Source: a virus
Taxonomy: Duplodnaviria > Caudoviricetes
Reading direction: 5' to 3' (one strand)
Virus record (IMG/VR): IMGVR_UViG_3300033148_005313
Span: 1 to 60,999 of that record
DNA: 60,999 nt
The notes below the pieces were generated by a model. It was not told the DNA's origin. It saw nothing but the letters and a program-made list of their open reading frames with translations, and searched no databases. The position numbers and the translations under genes are program-made. Positions 20,108 through 29,594 of this stretch are shown piece by piece. Positions within the stretch are counted from its first letter, which is position 1; every line of letters begins with the position of its first letter.

Positions 20108-20136
20108 TGAATAGCACGTTGGGGGGGATGTGTCAA
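20108..20136 (-). promoter_or_regulatory. Putative sigma70-type promoter
   Basis: TTGACA-17 nt-TATTCA with a TG extended -10 element. Confidence 0.5.
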
Positions 20137-20765
20137 GAGGGGGATGGCACAGGATAGGGCCACTTATCACGCTTGGTGGAATTGCATGACCAGCAAATCG
20201 GACGGAGGTTCGACGGCCAGTTGGAGCCGCCCTTCGAGAGCGGCTTGACATGGTCCATGGCCTCAGACGGGGCATTGCATAGATAGCATCGATGCCCAAA
20301 GACGGCCGAGCGTTGACGAGCCTTATCGGCCGTGCAGACACCAGCAGCTCCGAGCTTCAGACCTTTGCGTTTTCGATGATACGCAGCGTATATCTCCGGG
20401 TTGGCCTTCCGGTGACGTCTTTGTTTAGCACGCATCGCATCTGTACGTACCCGACGTGGTCTATTACGCTCGCGCGCACGCTCGCGCTTGGCATCTGGGT
20501 TGGCTGCATATCTAGCGCGCGCCTGCGCGTTGAGTCTCTCACGATTCTCAGCACGATAATTGCGCTGCCACCCCAGTTGCCGTACATTGATCGCCTTACG
20601 ATTCTCGACATGATACTTCTTGTTGTATGCGGCAAGCTTGGCGCGATTCTTGGCGCGGTACACCCGGTCGTGCTCCCGCTTCCGATCCCGCCGCTTCGCC
20701 AAAATAGACTCTCGGTTCTTGGCGTAGTACGCCCGCTGCTTTTCCTTCCGCTGCTCGTCATCCAT
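20133..20765 (-). CDS. HNH endonuclease with basic helical repeats
   Basis: CYLC...DHVKPLSKGGSNWPSNLRPICWSCNSTK; N-terminal YRAKNR-type repeats. Confidence 0.92.
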   Translation of the reverse strand: MDDEQRKEKQRAYYAKNRESILAKRRDRKREHDRVYRAKNRAKLAAYNKKYHVENRKAINVRQLGWQRNYRAENRERLNAQARARYAANPDAKRERARERNRPRRVRTDAMRAKQRRHRKANPEIYAAYHRKRKGLKLGAAGVCTADKARQRSAVFGHRCYLCNAPSEAMDHVKPLSKGGSNWPSNLRPICWSCNSTKRDKWPYPVPSPS

Positions 20766-20772
20766 AGTATCC

Positions 20773-21141
20773 CTACCGCGCCCTCCGTATCATGTCCCGC
20801 ACGCACTCGCTACGGTTGAGCCCGCGCTTCTTCGCGAGCGCGTCGAGCTTGGCGAGCGTGGGGTCCGTGAGCACGACCAGTACCTGCTTGCTTCCCTCGG
20901 GGTTGGCGGGGCGGCCGACCTTCGACAGCGTCGGGTCTTCCTCCCTCATCCGTGTATGCTCGGCGCTATGGCACGCCGGACACAGCCACCGGACGTCAAG
21001 CGGCTCCGAGTAATCGTCGTGGTGGCCGTGGACATTCTCCGTCACCCCGCAACACTCACATGGCTCGCGAGATAGCGACCCGTCATTGACTGCGTTGCGC
21101 GCCCTGCAGCGAGCGCGCTCTTTTGCCTGAGAGCTAACCAC
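20773..21141 (-). CDS. HNH-like Zn domain fused to a ribbon-helix-helix domain
   Basis: PCECCG...HGHHDDYSEPLDVRWLCPACH; C-terminal VLVVL...LDALAKKRGLNRSECVRDMI. Confidence 0.75.
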   Translation of the reverse strand: MVSSQAKERARCRARNAVNDGSLSREPCECCGVTENVHGHHDDYSEPLDVRWLCPACHSAEHTRMREEDPTLSKVGRPANPEGSKQVLVVLTDPTLAKLDALAKKRGLNRSECVRDMIRRAR

Positions 21142-21322
21142 TGCTATTCCCTCCTTGCGCCTCGTCGATGATCGCTCGAAGCATGTGGCTCCGGTTGGTC
21201 AACCGACGGCGCTTCGTCTCCGCGTCCAGCCACTTTACCTGTCTTGGCTCCAGCCGGACTGAGTAGGTCTCGGTCTTGTATGGGAGGCCTGGGTTACCTG
21301 GTCGGCCGACTGGCTTGGTCAT
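21134..21322 (-). CDS. CopG-like ribbon-helix-helix protein
   Basis: YSVRLE...WLDAE...NRSHMLRAII. Confidence 0.75.
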   Translation of the reverse strand: MTKPVGRPGNPGLPYKTETYSVRLEPRQVKWLDAETKRRRLTNRSHMLRAIIDEAQGGNSSG

Positions 21323-21558
21323 GCGGTCACCTCGGCAATCTCGGCGTCGACCACCTCGTCGAACTCGATGCCGGTCAGCTTGCGTTGTCGGCCGTCCTCG
21401 TCCAGGCCAATGACACGCCGGTCGGAGTAGCCTCCTCCGCGCTTACAAGCTCGGTCGTCTCGACGACAACACCGCACCGCTGCCGCGATGCTTCGGTGAG
21501 TGACTCCGCAGTCTCCTCGGACTCCGCCCGTGCAGGTGTATCGCTCGGTGGTCTCCAT
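21319..21558 (-). CDS. Small Cys/His hypothetical protein
   Basis: VRGDCGVTHRS..AA..C...YSDR; AGGAG RBS. Confidence 0.6.
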   Translation of the reverse strand: METTERYTCTGGVRGDCGVTHRSIAAAVRCCRRDDRACKRGGGYSDRRVIGLDEDGRQRKLTGIEFDEVVDAEIAEVTA

Positions 21559-21613
21559 GTCGTCTCTCCTTCCGCGCGTAAGGCGCGCGCCCCCCCGTGA
21601 GTGGTGAGGCTGG

Positions 21614-21808
21614 TTAGTCCTGGCCTGCGATACCGACGATGCACATGGCCTCCCAATCTGATAGGAAGCTGTTGCAGGAGGGGCAGTAGGTTACCTCAGT
21701 GCCCGCGTCCGCCCCGCAGTGCCAACACCACTCCGGGAATTCGCCTGTCCGCCAGTACTCGTTTTTGTAGGTCTGTTCTCTGGTGAGCTTCGCGGTGGTT
21801 GTTGTCAT
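21614..21808 (-). CDS. Small zinc-ribbon protein
   Basis: CWHCG...CPSC; GGAGG RBS; first gene after a strong promoter. Confidence 0.6.
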   Translation of the reverse strand: MTTTTAKLTREQTYKNEYWRTGEFPEWCWHCGADAGTEVTYCPSCNSFLSDWEAMCIVGIAGQD

Positions 21809-21847
21809 CTCGGGCCTCCTGGGTTCCTGTCTCCTGATTGCCTAATG

Positions 21848-21906
21848 ATTATATATCCATTACACAAGAATGTAAAGGGGTTCGGATAAAATAGTTGGAC
21901 TATTTT
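21848..21906 (-). promoter_or_regulatory. Strong sigma70-type promoter with upstream palindromic operator
   Basis: TTTACA (21876-21871)-17 nt-TATAAT (21853-21848); inverted repeat AAAATAGT-tgg-ACTATTTT at 21888-21906; AT-rich island. Confidence 0.8.
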
Positions 21907-21948
21907 CTCAGACGGTTTAGGGGGGGGTACGAGGGGAACGACGTCAAC

Positions 21949-22191
21949 TCACAGCCGGTTGACCGCTCCGCACCTCGGGCAGATCGCGACGAGGACGTAG
22001 CGGCCGTCGTCGGAGTGGTCGCCGGCGAGGACGGCGGAGAGGCTAGTTACGTGAAGCACGCGGGAATGGGCGAAGCGACGACCCCTACAACTCGAAGAGC
22101 CGCACGACACGCGACACGCATCGCCGTTGCTGCTAGACAGAACCGGCTGCACCATCACCGGCTGATCGTCACGGAATAGGGGCTGTTCCAT
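21949..22191 (-). CDS. Small zinc-ribbon protein
   Basis: C...C and CPRCG motifs. Confidence 0.45.
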   Translation of the reverse strand: MEQPLFRDDQPVMVQPVLSSSNGDACRVSCGSSSCRGRRFAHSRVLHVTSLSAVLAGDHSDDGRYVLVAICPRCGAVNRL

Positions 22192-22577
22192 CGCCTGCGC
22201 GCGCGGCGCCCTCCCTTCTCGTGTGACTCACGCGTCGACGCCAGCGCCGCCGCCACGAGGCGCCGGAAGTTGAGGGGGGTGCCTCTGGGATTCTGTCGGT
22301 GCCAGCGGATCTGAGCGTAGGTGTATCCGACCTTGAACGACCTGTCAGGATCGAGGTTGTCGTGGAACAGCACCAAGCCGCGGCGCTCGTCGAACTCAGT
22401 CAGTTCGGCCGGCCAGTCGCAGATGTGGAAGAAGTCCTCCGAGCAGAGCCCCTTCGGCGGTACGAGCACGCGCCCGCGCGGGGGACGCAGCGCGTGGCCC
22501 GCCTGCGCCACGTCCATCGTTGGGCCGCCGGGGGCATAGGGCGTCAGCTCTGTACCCGTTGACATAGCTCCTCCCAC
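22155..22577 (-). CDS. Hypothetical protein
   Basis: ORF in the gene stream; overlaps neighbours. Confidence 0.5.
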   Translation of the reverse strand: MGGAMSTGTELTPYAPGGPTMDVAQAGHALRPPRGRVLVPPKGLCSEDFFHICDWPAELTEFDERRGLVLFHDNLDPDRSFKVGYTYAQIRWHRQNPRGTPLNFRRLVAAALASTRESHEKGGRRARRRWNSPYSVTISR

Positions 22578-22882
22578 AACCTGTCGTCCCAGAAGGCGAT
22601 GCTGTCGATCGAATAAGTAAAGATCATATCAACCATTCCAATCCCGACCGTCGACTGCTCGACAATACACACATCGGCGAAATCGTCCCGATGATGCGCA
22701 AGGACCTTCTCGGCCTCGGCGCGCACCGCCTCACCCTCACCGCCTTCGGGACTCATGTGCCCCGGCGCTCCGTGCCAGACGATGCAGTTCATACCCCACG
22801 GCAGGCGCCCGTCTCGGTCGAACAACTCCCTGAGCCTGTCTCGCTGTCTCACCCAAAGGTCCATCAGTTGCTGGTCAGTCAT
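22544..22882 (-). CDS. Hypothetical protein
   Basis: GAGGAG RBS; lower-GC coding. Confidence 0.55.
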   Translation of the reverse strand: MTDQQLMDLWVRQRDRLRELFDRDGRLPWGMNCIVWHGAPGHMSPEGGEGEAVRAEAEKVLAHHRDDFADVCIVEQSTVGIGMVDMIFTYSIDSIAFWDDRLWEELCQRVQS

Positions 22883-22908
22883 CGTCGTGCTCCTCTCTGT
22901 TGGTCATC

Positions 22909-23838
22909 CTACGCCACCCCCGTTATCGTCCCGTGCTTCTCGGCCCACCGTGTCGCCTTGTCGCGGTTGGCCCTCGAGCGGAGCTTCTGGCCGCCCGGCC
23001 GGAACTCCACCGTGCAACGCTCGTTGGCGTGCATCACGAAGTGCTTGGGCCTCCACGCGCCGAGCCGCTTCGCCGCCTTCACCAGGCCTCTTCGGGTGTA
23101 CGGATTCTTCCGCTGCATCGCCCGGCACCGCTTGCACGGACCCTCGGCCCGCTTCGTCTTGCCTGCCTTCCGGCCCTTGCCTTTGCCGCGCGCCGTCGTC
23201 CTGCGGTTGATGCTCGAGGAACCCGACGCCGTGGTCAGCCAATACCAGGCCTTGTCCCGCTTCGGGTTGGCGATCCCCGACTCGCGGTACATCTCGTCGC
23301 CAGCCCGCATGTCGGCCACCATCATCTCCGAGTCGGAGACCTGCTTGGCCTTCCAGACAGCGCGGCCCTCGTTCCAGTCGTCGAACTCGCGGGCCACGAC
23401 GTAGCGGTTCTTGCGCCCGCCCGTCTTCTTCATCTTCTTGGCCCAGCGATCTCGGTCCTTGTCGTAGGTGTCGGCGATGCCGATGGAGGACTTCTCGGAC
23501 TCGGCCCACATCGCCGTGCGCGTGTAGTCGTCAGACGCCATCCGCCAACGCTGGCCCTTCTTGATCGAGCCGGTGCGCCGGAGCTCGCTCGTCACGCGGT
23601 CCTCGTAGGCCCGGACCTTCGTGCGGAAGATGTTCTCCGTCAACGCGTCCTTCTCAGCCTGCGTGTAGCCGGTCGCGCTCGAGACGGAGTCGATCCACCC
23701 GTCTCGCGTGCGGGCGCCCGCGAGCTTCCTCAGCGACGCGTCGGACAACCAGGGGAACTGAGGGGGCCGCGCGAAGCCGCGCACGGCGCCGAGGCCGCGC
23801 CGCTTGCCGACGCCGGGGAGTCGGAGGGCAGGGGGCAT
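22909..23838 (-). CDS. Head morphogenesis protein (MuF/SPP1 gp7-like)
   Basis: PCKRC...HANERC (variant of HPNCRC); downstream of portal. Confidence 0.7.
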   Translation of the reverse strand: MPPALRLPGVGKRRGLGAVRGFARPPQFPWLSDASLRKLAGARTRDGWIDSVSSATGYTQAEKDALTENIFRTKVRAYEDRVTSELRRTGSIKKGQRWRMASDDYTRTAMWAESEKSSIGIADTYDKDRDRWAKKMKKTGGRKNRYVVAREFDDWNEGRAVWKAKQVSDSEMMVADMRAGDEMYRESGIANPKRDKAWYWLTTASGSSSINRRTTARGKGKGRKAGKTKRAEGPCKRCRAMQRKNPYTRRGLVKAAKRLGAWRPKHFVMHANERCTVEFRPGGQKLRSRANRDKATRWAEKHGTITGVA

Positions 23839-24134
23839 TATCCTGTGATCCTAGCTAGCATGTCATCTGCAAGCGCAACGTCGGAATCCATCGGCCGGAT
23901 CGTGCCGTACTCCACGTTCGCACTGTAGTGCTGTCTGTCGTCAGTCCATTCGTCCATGTGCGTACAATCCACCCAGCCGTCAGCGGGAGGCTTCTCAGAT
24001 GCTTCCTCCAAATCATCGGCGATCTGACGCAGCATCTTGACGATGTTCTCTTTCTCGTCAGCGACGACGGTCGTCTTGAGCTTCAGCATCACGACACCTC
24101 GCCTATCACGGGAGTTGACGATAACCCAGACCAA
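23838..24134 (-). CDS. Hypothetical protein
   Basis: MLRQIADDLEE pattern; coupled to the next gene. Confidence 0.5.
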   Translation of the reverse strand: MVWVIVNSRDRRGVVMLKLKTTVVADEKENIVKMLRQIADDLEEASEKPPADGWVDCTHMDEWTDDRQHYSANVEYGTIRPMDSDVALADDMLARITG

Positions 24135-24614
24135 GAGGCCGTTCGCGTGCCAACCCTTTCAAGCCAAGCCGCATCCCTCGGCGCACAGCCCGGCCGCACG
24201 CACGCGACGACGCCCATCTCCACGTCTTCCATCCTCCGCGCTTGACGAGGAACCGCTCCCACCACCGGAGCATCCTCATCTCACTCACTCCTCTCTCTCG
24301 GCTGCCGGAGCGCCGACAACTGCTTCCCGAGCGCCCCGGCTATCTGCCGCATCCGACGGCCCTTGACCTCAAGCTGCTCGTACACGAACTGCGCTAGCTT
24401 GCCCCCGCTCGCGTCGTCCGCGGACTGTCGCATCGCCCTCTTCCTCCAGGCCGCCCGACTCTCGCCCGGGCGCCTGCTCGACTCGAGGTTCAAGGTCGCC
24501 ACTCCTCGTCGAAGGCCTCGGGCGCGCCGGGTCCGCCCAAGATGCAGAACACGAACACCCAGAAACATCCGATCATCTCGGACACCCAACCGAGCACGCG
24601 GTTCTTCAAGGTCC

Positions 24615-26429
24615 TCATTCCGTCAGCCCCTTCTTGAGCTCTGTCCGCGCGGGCGCGAACGCGTCGCTCACGTCCTGGACGGTCGTCGCCTTCTCCAGCG
24701 CCTCGTCGACGGCGAGCATCAGCGGCTCCGGCACGTCGGCTATCGACTCATCATCCGGCCACGCGGTCAGCGGATCCATGTTGTTGCGCACCGCATCGGC
24801 GGCGAGCGACTGCCACTTGTCGAGCACCTGCAGCGACTTCTCGACCGGGGGTTTCTCCTCGAACGGGTTGCCCTCGTCATCCTCGTCCTCGCCGTTCTCG
24901 CCGGGCAGGGGCGCCCCCTCGGCGCGCATCGCGGCCGTCAGCGGATCGAAGTCCGCGGCAACGCCACCCTCCGGCGGGACGACGGAGGTCAGCGGAATCC
25001 AGCCCTTGCCCTGCTTGAACCACGGCATCTTCCACGAGTCGGCGTCGAGGCCGCGCTTCTTCAGCTCGTCGTACACGCGGTCGGCCTCCTCCTGCCCGTT
25101 CTCGTCGGCGAAGGCATTGTACGGCGTGCGCTGGCCGGTCTCGAGGTCGATCGTCTCCTGCTTGTGCCGCTCCTCAGTCGACCGGAAGTCCGGCTCGACG
25201 AACTCGTGGCACCACTGGTCAGAACCCATCTCCTCGATGATGAGCCGGTCGTTGATCGGCTCGTCGATGTCCTCGAACAGCGGCCACCAGGTGTAGTCCT
25301 TGAAGACCTCATTCAACGTCTGGGTGGCGGCCCGGTTCATTGTCTGCCATTCTTTGACAATGGGCGCCGGCGTGCCGAAGATGCCGAACTTGCGCTTGTC
25401 GATTCCCTTGTCCCACTCGAGCCACTGGGCGTCGCGGTCCTTCTTCGAGAGGCTTACATCGTGGACCACGGGCGCCCGCCCCTGGAACGTCGAGGTGAGC
25501 CGGATCACGATGGGGATCCACGAGAGGTCCGTCTGGCTCGGGTTAGCCCGCTGATACATGAGCGCCATCAGGCGATCACGCTCGGCCTCGCTCATCCCCT
25601 CAATGGCGAGCATCAGGTCGGCCATGCCTCCCGTGCGCGCCGCGTCGCGGTTCAGCATGAACGCCCAGAGCGATGCGTCACTCTGCTCCTCCACGGCTTC
25701 GAGCGCCGACAGCGGGCCGCCGTCGTGCGGGTTCATACGGATGAACTCGATGATGTTCTCGGCGGGCCAGTACTTCTTATTGGGGGTGCTCCCGCCGACG
25801 ACCTGGACGAACCGCTTCGGGTCCTCCTTGTCGCGAGCGACGTAGCCTTGGAGCCACTCGAAGCCGACGATGTCTCCGGCGCTCGCCCCGGCGAGTTCGC
25901 CCGATACAGCATCGTCCAACGCCTTGCTGAGCAGGGGCAGCGCGTCGGCGGGGATGCCCCCCTCGTGGAGCACTCGCGCGAACTGGTCTATGCGCTTCTC
26001 GAGGCCCTCGCGCATGTCGCCGGCTCGACGGAGCAGCCAGTGAGCCGAGCCCAGGCACTTGAGCCGGTCGACCGTCACGGCGAGGATCTGCCGGTAGGAG
26101 TGGGCGCCGTCGGGCCGGTGAAAGACCGACTCGATCTCGGCCTTCACGGTCGCGTCGCCCGTGCCCTCGTTGCCCGGAGACTCGACGATGCGATACTCAG
26201 GAACCCGCGACCGTATCCGGTCCATCGCCGCGAACACGTCCGGATCCTTGAGCCGCGTCTTCATCTGGCGCGAGATCACCATGTTGCGGGCCATGTTGTC
26301 CAGCGTGTGACCCGTTCCGGTCCTGCGCTGGAGGCCGATAGGCCCCGACGGAGATCGTTGATCCACGAACGCGGTCGCCTTCTGGAGGACGGGGGCGTGA
26401 GACGGCGGCGGCATCGTCGCGAGCTTCAT
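24615..26429 (-). CDS. Portal protein
   Basis: 604 aa; DRLKCLGSAHW, NP...GPLSALE, DAQWLE...IFGTP pattern of HK97-like portals; after TerL. Confidence 0.88.
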   Translation of the reverse strand: MKLATMPPPSHAPVLQKATAFVDQRSPSGPIGLQRRTGTGHTLDNMARNMVISRQMKTRLKDPDVFAAMDRIRSRVPEYRIVESPGNEGTGDATVKAEIESVFHRPDGAHSYRQILAVTVDRLKCLGSAHWLLRRAGDMREGLEKRIDQFARVLHEGGIPADALPLLSKALDDAVSGELAGASAGDIVGFEWLQGYVARDKEDPKRFVQVVGGSTPNKKYWPAENIIEFIRMNPHDGGPLSALEAVEEQSDASLWAFMLNRDAARTGGMADLMLAIEGMSEAERDRLMALMYQRANPSQTDLSWIPIVIRLTSTFQGRAPVVHDVSLSKKDRDAQWLEWDKGIDKRKFGIFGTPAPIVKEWQTMNRAATQTLNEVFKDYTWWPLFEDIDEPINDRLIIEEMGSDQWCHEFVEPDFRSTEERHKQETIDLETGQRTPYNAFADENGQEEADRVYDELKKRGLDADSWKMPWFKQGKGWIPLTSVVPPEGGVAADFDPLTAAMRAEGAPLPGENGEDEDDEGNPFEEKPPVEKSLQVLDKWQSLAADAVRNNMDPLTAWPDDESIADVPEPLMLAVDEALEKATTVQDVSDAFAPARTELKKGLTE

Positions 26430-26481
26430 GGCTCACCTCGTTGCGGCATCGTGACACAGAAACGCGCAGGGCGCAAGGCGC

Positions 26482-26943
26482 TCACCCGACCTGTTCGCCG
26501 TGGGGAACGCCGACACCCTCCGTCGCCTCCGAGAGATCGAGCTCGAACGCCTCCGGAAACGACCCGGGGGCCACGCCGGGCGGCGCCTCCTCGTCCGGCT
26601 CTTGGGGCGCGAAGTCAGTGGCTCCCTTGTCCCACAAGAAACGCTCCTGCCCCGGCGTGAACCTCGCCTCGAGGGCGTCGGCCTGGCGAAGCAGTCGCGC
26701 GATGGTCCGGTCGATCTCGCGCGGGCGGAAACCGCACCTAACCACGAGCCGCGGGACGCGCGTCGCCGGTATGCCGACGTCGGCTCCGAGCGTGACGACC
26801 ACGGCCCGCTCACTCCCGAACATGGGCTCCACGCTCACGGGGTAGGCGCGGCCCCCGGGCGACAAGTAGCGTTCGTGCTCGTCCTGCACGAGTGCGCCGC
26901 CCCACATGACCCAGTGGACGAGTCGACGTAGCAGCTCTCTCAT
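26482..26943 (-). CDS. Hypothetical protein
   Basis: AGGAG RBS; between TerL and portal. Confidence 0.5.
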   Translation of the reverse strand: MRELLRRLVHWVMWGGALVQDEHERYLSPGGRAYPVSVEPMFGSERAVVVTLGADVGIPATRVPRLVVRCGFRPREIDRTIARLLRQADALEARFTPGQERFLWDKGATDFAPQEPDEEAPPGVAPGSFPEAFELDLSEATEGVGVPHGEQVG

Positions 26944-27279
26944 TTTCGTGCTCCTTCCATGCTTTCACGAACGCGACGACGCGGCGCATGGCCTCCGCCA
27001 GCGACTCGATGAATGACCGAGCGGCACGGACCCAGGTCGCGAGCGTCTCACGCACCTTCGCCAGGGCGCGCCTGAGCGCCTCCCGGTCGGCCACGAGGGG
27101 TATCACCCGCGGAAGCATCGTAACGACGCTGGCGGGCTCCTGAGGGGCGGCGCGGACCATCATAGATGCGATCTCCTCGCCGGTCAACGGAACCCTCGAT
27201 TTGGCCGTAATCACGGTGGCTCGTCTCATCGGCTGTGCTCCTCTCGAAATGCCTTGATTTCGTGGTTTCCGGCCCATCC

Positions 27280-27520
27280 GCCGAAATCACGCCGGGCAGT
27301 TCGGGTCGGATACTAGGACCTTTGCCAGCGGGATTTAGCTAGAAATAGCGTGGATTTCGCCACAGCTAAATCTCCATATATCCGTTAGGGCGCTGCCAGG
27401 CCCCTATACGCGCGAGATCACTTTGGGAAATAGCATTTAGCACGAGGTCCCCTCGCGCGCGGGCGCGCCGGCGCCCCGGCGCGCGCATTGGGAGCTAAAT
27501 CCCGTGAAATCGCTAAATCC
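27280..27520. repeat. Iteron-like GCTAAAT(C) cluster with a GC hairpin
   Basis: GCTAAAT on + at 27365, 27494, 27512 and on - at 27333, 27435, plus variants; hairpin 27463-27484. Confidence 0.65.
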
Positions 27521-27522
27521 GG

Positions 27523-29379
27523 TCATATCGGCAGCTTCTCCCGCAGCTTCTTGAGATTCTCCAGCCCGTCGGATAGCACCCCGTCGAGCGTCTCCTTCGT
27601 GGCCTTTGCCCGGGCGACGGAGGCCTCGTCGATCGGCTCGCCGCCCGTGACCTCCGTGGACACGATCTGCCGTCCGTGGAGCGAGGCCATGTAGGTGCAA
27701 CCGGCGACTGCATCTGATGTATCTTTGCTGCCGTTGACGGGATGCTCGACCTTCTTCCCGAGCTTCAGCTCAAGGTGCCGGTACTCGCGCAGCCAGTACG
27801 TGTCTCCGTACACGAGCTTCCGCTCGTGGATCAAGCCCTTCAGGGTTCCGTACGGCTCGATCTTCTTGTCCACGCTCACGAGCGCCGTCTGGACGCCCTG
27901 GGCCGAGAGCAGTTGTCGCGTGTCCTCCGACTCGAAGCCGTCCGTGGAGACGAGGGCGATATTGAAGCCGCGTGCCCGGAGGTGATACACGAGCTGCCGG
28001 CACCGCTCGAAGCTGATCCGGCCGCCGACCTCCTGGGGCATGACGCGGGCCGCGATATCTACTACGACGCGGATCTTGTCGTCGGCGCCCTCGAGGGCGT
28101 AGGGATCGAAGTCGCAGTGGGCCATGCCGATGCCTGTGGCGTTGCTCACCGTCGAGTAGTCGAAGTGCACGAAGTACTCGGCATGGGCGACCGGCTTGAA
28201 CCAGTCGGCGATGCTGATGATCGGCGTCTCGTCGTCGCCCTCGCCGACATGAATGATCGGGTCTTGGTGGTCGGGGTCCGGCCCGCGCCCTTCGGGCGGC
28301 GGGGGTTCCGGCGGCGTGGCCCCGCCGACGCCGCCCATGATCTTCTCGGCCAGCCCGTCGAACGGCTGTAGCGCCGCCGAGGGCATCGCCCCGAGGTGAC
28401 GCTTGCTCGTTTCGGCGTCGCGGTCGAAGCTCGGCCAATAGCGCTCGGGAACCTCGATCGGCGGTTCGCAGTACGGTTTCCAGTTGACGTGCTCCACGCC
28501 GTCAAGTTCCCACGTCGCCGCTCGGCTCACGTAGAGGCGCTCGTCGCCGGTCTTCGTCGCCTCCTCGATCATAGTCATGGCGACGCCGCCGGCCCACGAC
28601 GGCGAGGTGATTCGGATGGCTTTGCCGTGGTGACGGGGGCAGCGCGTGAGCATCTGCGTGAACGCCAGCAGGTCCAGGTCCTCGGCCCGGCGCAGGCCGG
28701 CCTCGGTCACCGTCTCGGGGAAGAAGTCGAACTCATCGAGCACGTAACCGTAAATCGCCTCGCCGAGGATGCCGCGGTCCTCGCTCGTGGCCGCGTGGAC
28801 CTCGAGCGGGATCTCGTCGCCCTGGTAGTCGAGGAACTTCAGCGTCGTCGCCGTGGGGACCACCTCGAACTGCGACGAGAACCACGGCGACTTCTCGATG
28901 AACTGCTGCGCATAGCGGAAGACGACCTTCTTCGCCTGCTTGGCCGAGACGGACATGACGGGGATGTTGATCAGCGTCCCGGGTTCGAGCTCGTTGCCCT
29001 CCCAGAACCAGCCGTCGCGGATTCCGACGAGCACCTCGTAGGTCATGCGGGCGACGCACCCCCCAGCCCAATATGACTTGCCGCCGCCCTTGCCCCACAT
29101 GCAGACGGCACCGAGGTACTTGTCGTCGAACACGTTGACGAAGTGCTCGCGGATAGGCAGCCGGAGGTTGACGCCGCCGAAGAACTCGGGGTCGTCGATC
29201 CACGTGCTCGCGGGTTGGAACGGGTCGGTCTCGGGTAGCACGCGCTGGGCGGCGAGGTGCTCGGCGCGGGCCTGCAGCTCATAGAGCAGGAGCCGCGCCT
29301 CTTCGACGGAGCGCACGTTCATGCCTTCGACGACGGCGAGGAGCCGGGCGGCGTCGGGGGGGGTCATGCGCAGCAGCAC
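27523..29379 (-). CDS. terL: Terminase large subunit
   Basis: Walker A WGKGGGKS, Walker B YVLDEFD, ITSP motif, nuclease HFDYS...STDGF...HPVNGSKDTSDAVAG. Confidence 0.92.
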   Translation of the reverse strand: MLLRMTPPDAARLLAVVEGMNVRSVEEARLLLYELQARAEHLAAQRVLPETDPFQPASTWIDDPEFFGGVNLRLPIREHFVNVFDDKYLGAVCMWGKGGGKSYWAGGCVARMTYEVLVGIRDGWFWEGNELEPGTLINIPVMSVSAKQAKKVVFRYAQQFIEKSPWFSSQFEVVPTATTLKFLDYQGDEIPLEVHAATSEDRGILGEAIYGYVLDEFDFFPETVTEAGLRRAEDLDLLAFTQMLTRCPRHHGKAIRITSPSWAGGVAMTMIEEATKTGDERLYVSRAATWELDGVEHVNWKPYCEPPIEVPERYWPSFDRDAETSKRHLGAMPSAALQPFDGLAEKIMGGVGGATPPEPPPPEGRGPDPDHQDPIIHVGEGDDETPIISIADWFKPVAHAEYFVHFDYSTVSNATGIGMAHCDFDPYALEGADDKIRVVVDIAARVMPQEVGGRISFERCRQLVYHLRARGFNIALVSTDGFESEDTRQLLSAQGVQTALVSVDKKIEPYGTLKGLIHERKLVYGDTYWLREYRHLELKLGKKVEHPVNGSKDTSDAVAGCTYMASLHGRQIVSTEVTGGEPIDEASVARAKATKETLDGVLSDGLENLKKLREKLPI

Positions 29380-29594
29380 CTCGCGAGGTCGAGTTCATCC
29401 CATAAATCGCCGCATGTCGCGCACTGATATGCGTCGATGGTTATTGGTTTTGGTGTTCCGCAGACGGGGCATCGGTGTGTTTTCAGGTTACTACCGGCGA
29501 GATAGATCAGGGGGCTATCGCCGATGTGATAGACCATCTCGCATCGACGGCATTGGAAGCCTGTTATCCGTCCCGCGATTGCCTTCTTAGCCAT
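29364..29594 (-). CDS. Small Cys-rich protein
   Basis: CRRC, CPVC and CATCGDLWD...CCC. Confidence 0.6.
   Translation of the reverse strand: MAKKAIAGRITGFQCRRCEMVYHIGDSPLIYLAGSNLKTHRCPVCGTPKPITIDAYQCATCGDLWDELDLARCCCA

Noticed and set aside
22095-22165. CACGA/CACGC-like run resembling another pentamer unit
   Set aside because: The phase is not maintained, there is no CAACTCAACG handle, and it lies within a plausible Zn-ribbon CDS
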